Source of the DNA: an uncultured bacterium | GTDB lineage: Bacteria > Armatimonadota > JACIXR01 | DNA: 64,000 nt | Direction of reading: 5' to 3' | Assembly: GCA_938041455.1 (NCBI GenBank) | Contig: CALITO010000003.1 | Coordinates: 98,548-162,547 of the forward strand | Shown: in pieces, positions 58,145 through 64,000 of the stretch | Numbering within the stretch: the first letter of the stretch is position 1 | Layout: the number at the start of each line of letters is the position of its first letter | Program-made: the position numbers and the translations under genes | The notes under the pieces: model-generated | What the model saw: only the letters and a program-made list of their open reading frames with translations | Told to the model about the DNA's origin: nothing | Database searches by the model: none

Positions 58145-58906
58145 TTATTGGGAGAAAATTTCTCTTAATACCTTTGTTACTTTGTAATATCTCTCTGCGT
58201 CTTCTTCTCTTATTATGCCACGGAGGATGAGGATCTCGTCTATACACATCGCTTCACCTGAGGCGAAGTAAAGGGTTGTTAGGGAGTCATCCTCGTTTAA
58301 GTTCCTGGTAAGAATCCACTTTCCTACCTTCTTACCATCTTGATAGAGAACTATTTCCCTTCCACAGGAAAATGTGGCGATGGTATTATGCCAGATACCG
58401 CCTCGCAAATCCAATGTGTTCATAATATCTAAATCGTAAATACCATTTATGTTTTGGATTCCAGGGAAATAGTAAACCTGAAAGACACCCGCAGGTTTAG
58501 CGAGTGCACACCATGGGTCACCCCCACCACCCCGTATGAAATTTGAGATGAACCCTTTACCATTGTGGGAAAATACTACAAATCCTTGCCCCGGCTTATG
58601 TTCTTCCTTCAAAGCCCACCAAACTGAGATTGTGAGTGATTTATGGGGTGAGAGGGCAGGTGAATGAAGGGAGATGCCACCTCCTCCAAACATCGGTATG
58701 CCCTGGGAGAGATAGCCCTTGCCCAAAAACCCTGAGGTTAAAGAGGGCTGTTGGATATGTTCCACGATGCCCAAAGGATTAAGGATTGCCAAGCCATTTT
58801 CTTGCTCAAAGTCATTGTGATATATCACCTGCTTTTCAAACCCCTGGGGTAGGATGCCAGAGAAAAGAAAGGAAACAATGGAAAATAAAAAAGCCACATT
58901 TTTCAA
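58145..58906 (-). CDS. secreted concanavalin/LamG-like jelly-roll domain protein
   Basis: Signal peptide. Beta-rich sequence with Gly-rich loops. By-eye call only. Confidence 0.4.
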   Translation of the reverse strand: MKNVAFLFSIVSFLFSGILPQGFEKQVIYHNDFEQENGLAILNPLGIVEHIQQPSLTSGFLGKGYLSQGIPMFGGGGISLHSPALSPHKSLTISVWWALKEEHKPGQGFVVFSHNGKGFISNFIRGGGGDPWCALAKPAGVFQVYYFPGIQNINGIYDLDIMNTLDLRGGIWHNTIATFSCGREIVLYQDGKKVGKWILTRNLNEDDSLTTLYFASGEAMCIDEILILRGIIREEDAERYYKVTKVLREIFSQ

Positions 58907-58913
58907 ACCTTCT

Positions 58914-61900
58914 TCACCCCGGTAAGATCCTAAACACTTTCAAATCGTGTTTTTTCAAGAGGAAGCGCATAGTGTCGTTCTCCACTTCCATTTCCTTTCC
59001 ACTATCAACATCTATTATCTTATAGTTTTGTAAACCGAGAACATCTGCTTTGATGTGAACGATGCACTCTTCGTCTTTTGGAGAATAAGAGGTAATTGCG
59101 TAAAGCGCTTCCCTACCGGGAACACAATAGACTATACCGGGGAGATCAGGATTATCGGCATAAATGGGCTGAGGTTTCTCATCCCAATATCTATAGGCGA
59201 CCATTCCCTGCTCCTGTGCCAACTTTAGGAAAGGTTCTCTATATTTCTCCCACAATTTGCTCAATTCTGGTTCCCATATCGCCACTGGACCCAAGAGGTC
59301 ATGGACAAGGGTAACACCTATGTAAGTCTTTTGCGTCCAGGGGTCGTTAGCCAAAGGTCCATGATCGCTTAGTAGGACAGGCCAGGTGCCCGCGAGTTCA
59401 CCTATAGAGACGAGCAGGATGTATTTTCTGGGGAACCTGGTTTGGACATCTCCTTCTGAGTAATGCCATTCCCAATCATATTGAACTGTAGCGAATGAAT
59501 AAAGGGGAAGGATTTGTGTGCTCGTATTGTGGACCATCACGATAGGTTCCATTCCCCTTTCATTCATATAGACGAATATCCGCTTTTGAAGTTCCCTAAG
59601 TTGCCAGACACCGGTTGAAGGCATAATCGTGCCATCTTCTTTCTCGTAGGCTCCCGTCATCATCCTGTTGAAGCTTGGAATGAAGAAGTAGTTATCGTGA
59701 TATATGCCTTTGTTGTTGGCTACATCAAAAGATTTCCCGAACCAATAGAGGGCGTAATCAATATAGGATTGGGAAGGGACGATTTGGATTTCGTAGATGT
59801 TATTCTCACCCCTATAAGGGTTGTAATCGTTCAAGCACCACTCGTCCATAAAAGTTTGGAATTCTTCACAGGCGGCATAAGAGGAGCGATTGTAATAAAA
59901 GACCATTGTGGCGCCCAGGTGGGCTCGTAGGTTATAATTTACATGGGCGATAAAAGTATCCAGCCTTCCATAAGGCTCAAAATATTTTCTCCCCCTTTGG
60001 ATAACATCTTGGATTTCCTCTTCCGATAGTTGGTGCTTGTTGGCTTCGGCAAGCTTTTGCCAGAGATACAAATCTTTACCCGCGGGATAAACTGAACCGC
60101 AGTCGCCTAAGGCGAACCAGTTTATATCGGTGCCCAGAAGGTGGAACTTTTCTGTAAACCACCTATGGCGCCAACCGCTCAACCTCGGCTTCACAGGAGC
60201 AGCAAGAATGCCGAAGGTTATAGTGCGGGCTTCCTTTATGATTATAGGTTTGTTTATCAGGTTAACTTGCAATTTGAGCGTATCGCCTTCCCTTAATAGT
60301 TGAAGATTCGGCTTCTGAGGGTCCCAGCTCCACCCTCGGTCATTTTCAGCAAACCAACAGATTCCCCTTGTAGGAGTTCCAATAAATATATAGGTGCAAA
60401 AATTGGGAGGAAAGTTGGAGGTTTTAAGTTTGCTTGCATCCCAGACGATGCCTTCACCGTCTGGGATATAATCGCTTAATATAACATCCCTTATTCCGTC
60501 AGCCATAGCGTGCATAATCTTAGCGAAGTCGCCTCTTAGAGGGATTTCCAGGACAAGGGAGTCAATCCTCCTTGCTGAGGGAGGAAGTTTCAAATCTACT
60601 CTCAAAGTCCCATCGTAATCTAATGTAGAAAGGGACTGCAATCCCCAATCGCCGAGGGTGAAGTCTGCCCGAATTATAGCCCTGTCCTCCCCTCTCTCAA
60701 GGAAGGAAACCTTCCCTCGTGTTGGCTGAACACTTTCCCCTTCAATGATCGCCTTATATATCATTGGGGAAGCCAACAACTCTTCCTTAACTCGCCATTC
60801 CTGGTCCTCCGTCTTGACAGACGACAAAAGTCCCCACTCGTTGACCTCGTATTCCTTCATAATGGTGAGAAGCGTCCTCCCCTTAACTTTTATCGGGGTA
60901 AAGGGAGGGTATACTTTCCTGCTTTTCCCGAGGTTGTTATGTTCCCATTCCGGGAAGACTTTTCTCTCAAAGGTTTTAACTACCTCTCCCGGGACATTTT
61001 TCCCTTTCGCTTTTGCCACAATCTGATATTTACCGGAAAGAGGAGGGAGGTCAAAGACCCTTTCGCATTTCCCGTTTTCAAATTCTCCTTTTTTAATGCC
61101 CAATTCTCTGATCGATTTGCCGTTTGGCTTATCTTCTTTTATCTGAAGACGCAATTCCTCAAACTCGCTATCTTCTGGGAGAGCGGTGATATCGGCGAGG
61201 ACACGCATTTTATTCAAATAGGGGTAATAAGCAAAGAGAAAATCTAAGGGTAATTTGGCTTTCTCCGGTGCAATCGTCCATTTCTCGCTGTGCTCCAGCG
61301 GGTTCCACTGATAACTTCGGGAATAATAAACCATTTCCCCATCGGGCGAGGTTACGAGGACACTTAACGCGAAGTTCTTGAAATTTGCATCTTGTGAAGA
61401 TAATGGAAGGGTTTTCTTAGCTCCAACTGGTAATGTTAAATCTTTCTCCTCAATGTCTTCAAAAAAAGAGTCTTTTTTCAAGGATAACTGCGCCCTAACG
61501 GAAATGTCATTAGGTGTGGGATTTTCCACTTCCAAAAAACAATCTATATTACCGAAGGCGGGGTCGGTTCTGTGAAAGAACCTGGTTATTAAAGAATTAT
61601 CGTTATTGAAAATGAAGAGGATTTCGTTGGAGGGATTATAGCCGTTGTTGCCAAGCGAGGACCAACTCCAAGGTTGTTTGAAATCTCGGCAAATATTTAT
61701 TGCCCAGAGCCCCTCGTTCGCTTTTCTACCTGGGGCGATTTTATCAATGGGTATTTCTATCTCACAGTGCCAAAAACCTTTATGGAAGCCATTGGCGATC
61801 TTAGCGTCTCCTTTCCATCCATAATAAGCTTGGGTGGGAACATCGCCTCTTGGATGAGCGAGGTAGAAAGCATAGCCGAGGGAATTACAGAGCATATGGT

Positions 61901-62252
61901 AGGTGATGCCATTTTCGCTCTCAGGGTTTGGGTCTATCCAAACTTCCACCGAATCATCAAATACGATTTTCTCCCAGGGACCTTTAACTTCCGCAAGGAT
62001 TCCTCCCTGTTTTGGAAGTTCTGATTGGATAGCACAGTAGATCCTATCCTGTGTTGCTCCTACATAAGCGATAACTCTTCTCGGCTCAAGCTTCCCTTGG
62101 TAGGAAAACCCATCAAATCTCCCCGCATAACTCCATTCTTTTTCTTCCACATAGCCATCTATTAAAGGTGCTCTCGGCATAAGTGGTAGGCGATATATAT
62201 CGGCTCCAAAAACGGAACACCATACCAATATTAGAAACCAAAGATAGCGCAT
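58914..62252 (-). CDS. very large secreted hypothetical protein (1112 aa), possibly a carbohydrate-active enzyme with an N-terminal CBM9/DOMON-like domain
   Basis: Signal peptide. The N-terminal approximately 200 aa are Trp-rich and beta-sandwich-like. The remainder is unassigned. Confidence 0.45.
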   Translation of the reverse strand: MRYLWFLILVWCSVFGADIYRLPLMPRAPLIDGYVEEKEWSYAGRFDGFSYQGKLEPRRVIAYVGATQDRIYCAIQSELPKQGGILAEVKGPWEKIVFDDSVEVWIDPNPESENGITYHMLCNSLGYAFYLAHPRGDVPTQAYYGWKGDAKIANGFHKGFWHCEIEIPIDKIAPGRKANEGLWAINICRDFKQPWSWSSLGNNGYNPSNEILFIFNNDNSLITRFFHRTDPAFGNIDCFLEVENPTPNDISVRAQLSLKKDSFFEDIEEKDLTLPVGAKKTLPLSSQDANFKNFALSVLVTSPDGEMVYYSRSYQWNPLEHSEKWTIAPEKAKLPLDFLFAYYPYLNKMRVLADITALPEDSEFEELRLQIKEDKPNGKSIRELGIKKGEFENGKCERVFDLPPLSGKYQIVAKAKGKNVPGEVVKTFERKVFPEWEHNNLGKSRKVYPPFTPIKVKGRTLLTIMKEYEVNEWGLLSSVKTEDQEWRVKEELLASPMIYKAIIEGESVQPTRGKVSFLERGEDRAIIRADFTLGDWGLQSLSTLDYDGTLRVDLKLPPSARRIDSLVLEIPLRGDFAKIMHAMADGIRDVILSDYIPDGEGIVWDASKLKTSNFPPNFCTYIFIGTPTRGICWFAENDRGWSWDPQKPNLQLLREGDTLKLQVNLINKPIIIKEARTITFGILAAPVKPRLSGWRHRWFTEKFHLLGTDINWFALGDCGSVYPAGKDLYLWQKLAEANKHQLSEEEIQDVIQRGRKYFEPYGRLDTFIAHVNYNLRAHLGATMVFYYNRSSYAACEEFQTFMDEWCLNDYNPYRGENNIYEIQIVPSQSYIDYALYWFGKSFDVANNKGIYHDNYFFIPSFNRMMTGAYEKEDGTIMPSTGVWQLRELQKRIFVYMNERGMEPIVMVHNTSTQILPLYSFATVQYDWEWHYSEGDVQTRFPRKYILLVSIGELAGTWPVLLSDHGPLANDPWTQKTYIGVTLVHDLLGPVAIWEPELSKLWEKYREPFLKLAQEQGMVAYRYWDEKPQPIYADNPDLPGIVYCVPGREALYAITSYSPKDEECIVHIKADVLGLQNYKIIDVDSGKEMEVENDTMRFLLKKHDLKVFRILPG

Positions 62253-62325
62253 AATACCACCTCTTTAAAGATACATAACTTGGAGCGATTACGCAAGCAG
62301 ATGGAAGAGAGAAACAGAGGAGAGT

Positions 62326-62613
62326 TTAAATTTGCTTTCCTACTGCAATTAAGTCCTCCAGGATCTCGAAAAGGGCAAGGGTAAGTGACTTATGGCGAAG
62401 CACCTCTTCAAATGAACCAAAGGAGGTTCCCCATTCCTCGTTCATTTTCTCCACTGTGCCAAACCGTCTTTGCAAATAGGAGATAGTTAGGGGAGGAGGA
62501 GCTCCTTCCTGCAACTGCTTCGCTCTCCTCGCCGCAACAAGAGTCAAGATATAAACATTGGGGAATTTATTCAGCAATTTATCCGCCCTGGGGAAAAGCA
62601 AGGAAAGGGACAA
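62326..62613 (-). CDS. rpoZ: DNA-directed RNA polymerase subunit omega
   Basis: FPNVYILTLVAARRAKQLQEG matches the RpoZ core (NRY.LV..AA+RARQL), with a C-terminal extension. Confidence 0.6.
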   Translation of the reverse strand: MSLSLLFPRADKLLNKFPNVYILTLVAARRAKQLQEGAPPPLTISYLQRRFGTVEKMNEEWGTSFGSFEEVLRHKSLTLALFEILEDLIAVGKQI

Positions 62614-62717
62614 GGAAATTCACCTCCTTAATTAGAGGATGCTTTCCTTAAATATATAATTATAACAACCGATACCCAAAAAGGCTCAGGGAAGTTTTCG
62701 CTCAGCGATATTTATTT

Positions 62718-63779
62718 TTATCGCCAGAAAGAGGGAGAGAAGGTCTCGTAACATATTGTCGTAATTAACGCCTCGGGTCTTGTCCAAGTTAGCCAGATTT
62801 TGTCCATATACTGCCCTGGCAGATAATTGGGGAAGGCGCTGAGCTGGCTTTCGTGGGTAATATTATCTATGGGAACCATCCGCTCGGGATTGAGGACCGT
62901 TTCCTCGTCAAGCGTTGGTATCACCTGCTGGTTGTTGAAGAGGAGTGTTATCGTCCTTCCTTCATCCTCAGGGGCAAAGTAGATTATACCCGTGAGGGGG
63001 TCCATAGGATACCACTCATAAGCTCCACCCGAAGTTTTCACCCAAATTGTTCCCTTGGCATCCATAAATGCGGTGGAGCCGTAAGCTCCCGAGGGAGGGA
63101 GGAGCGATAGTGCCCTGACCCTCAATGCCTTATGGAAGAGTGTGACCAGCCCTTGTGCTACAGGGGAATGGCTTCTCCTCCAAAAGAGATGGATTCTATC
63201 CCTGTTAAGATATACCCCTCCTGAGCGGGGGTCAGCTTGCCCCTGCCAACCGGGATTTCCCACAGGAGGATGCTGGATATTCACAGAGCTCTCCACCACT
63301 GCTATTGGCTGAGCATCGCTAAGGGTGGACGAGGTAAGAGAGAGCACACGGGGGCTATATTGGGCAACGATATTGCCCAAGAAAGGCTGTTGGAAGGTGA
63401 GGACACCTGCCACGGTATTCATCCAAATCTTGCCCAGTTGAGCATCATCCACGAACCACTCTTGCTTATCTGCATCCCAGTGCCAGTCGGTTATCTCCCT
63501 TCCATCAACCCAGATGCGAGGGGCGAGGGCGGGGTCATCTCTTCTCGTCATCCAAAAGATGTGCCTCGACCAGTAAATCGTGCCGGTTTCGTTCCTCTGA
63601 AGGGTCTCGCCCATAACTCGGGGGAAGGGAAGCATTAGCCCTGAAAGGACGAGCCTTCCCGTCTGGTTCTCGTAGATGATGGGATAGCGGGACATCAGGA
63701 TTTCCATATTGCCCCTTGTGGCGAGGAAGCCGGTATAAATTAACTCCAATGTAGGAGTGGGCACTCCGTTAACATTCAT
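62718..63779 (-). CDS. hypothetical protein
   Basis: 353-aa ORF. Its ATG overlaps the stop of the upstream minus-strand frame (TAATG). No motif recognised. Confidence 0.45.
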   Translation of the reverse strand: MNVNGVPTPTLELIYTGFLATRGNMEILMSRYPIIYENQTGRLVLSGLMLPFPRVMGETLQRNETGTIYWSRHIFWMTRRDDPALAPRIWVDGREITDWHWDADKQEWFVDDAQLGKIWMNTVAGVLTFQQPFLGNIVAQYSPRVLSLTSSTLSDAQPIAVVESSVNIQHPPVGNPGWQGQADPRSGGVYLNRDRIHLFWRRSHSPVAQGLVTLFHKALRVRALSLLPPSGAYGSTAFMDAKGTIWVKTSGGAYEWYPMDPLTGIIYFAPEDEGRTITLLFNNQQVIPTLDEETVLNPERMVPIDNITHESQLSAFPNYLPGQYMDKIWLTWTRPEALITTICYETFSPSFWR

Positions 63780-64000
63780 TACCCGCCAGAGAGGGAAGGG
63801 GTCTTTAGCATAAGATACCTCCCTGGGGAGTGAGACCTGCCTATCAGCTTGCCAAGCGCTGATGTCAGAGGGATTAAGGGGATTGCTATTGTAGAATATC
63901 CTCCAGCTACCATCTCCTCCAGAGAACCAAAGGAGGAACGCCCACGGTGTTTGGGTGGGTGTGTAATTGGCAGGAATGATGGTCAGGCGAGGGGAATTCT
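63779..64000 (-). CDS. partial hypothetical CDS (C-terminal about 70 aa); the 5' end lies beyond the window end
   Basis: Minus-strand frame open from the window edge to TAA at 63779-63781 (...GRYLMLKTPSLSGG*). Not listed in the ORF track because it has no in-window start. Confidence 0.3.

Overview
This 64 kb window is a gene-dense stretch (about 90% coding, roughly 50% GC) of a bacterial chromosome carrying mostly housekeeping operons.

- **Housekeeping genes recognised from motifs:** a DHH/DHHA1 fragment followed by truB and ribF; ilvC; a queD-queC-X-queE cluster; lepB; htpX; lysA; a DHH-CBS-CCA tRNA nucleotidyltransferase fusion; an S2P/M50 protease; larC; carA-carB; miaA-ispH-polyprenyl synthase-cimA/leuA; xerC-hslV-hslU; rplU-rpmA-obg; proB-proA; purE; nfnAB-like sudB/sudA; trpB2; tldD-pmbA; rpoZ.
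- **Likely lineage:** two proteins carry the DUF1559 H-X9-DG domain, one behind a prepilin-type N-terminus. That points, with low confidence, to a PVC-group, Armatimonadota-like or related uncultured lineage.
- **What is not in the window:** no rRNA, tRNA, CRISPR array or obvious mobile element was seen.
- **Items worth follow-up:**
  - an expanded 7-deazaguanine (preQ0) operon with an uncharacterised 183-aa ORF and a class-I glutamine amidotransferase-DUF488 fusion;
  - a roughly 235 bp intergenic repeat present twice about 21 kb apart, each upstream of a minus-strand gene;
  - a divergent ThyA-fold protein translationally coupled to tldD/pmbA;
  - a terminator/attenuator-like hairpin directly upstream of carA;
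  - an ECF-type transporter with a fused T-A subunit next to nikR;
  - a LolA-like-thioredoxin fusion followed by a LolA-like lipoprotein whose lipobox lies upstream of any canonical start codon;
  - several very large secreted multidomain proteins (NHL/FN3/HExxH/TSP3; glycosidase-like).

All calls are by-eye motif recognition; no database searches were run.
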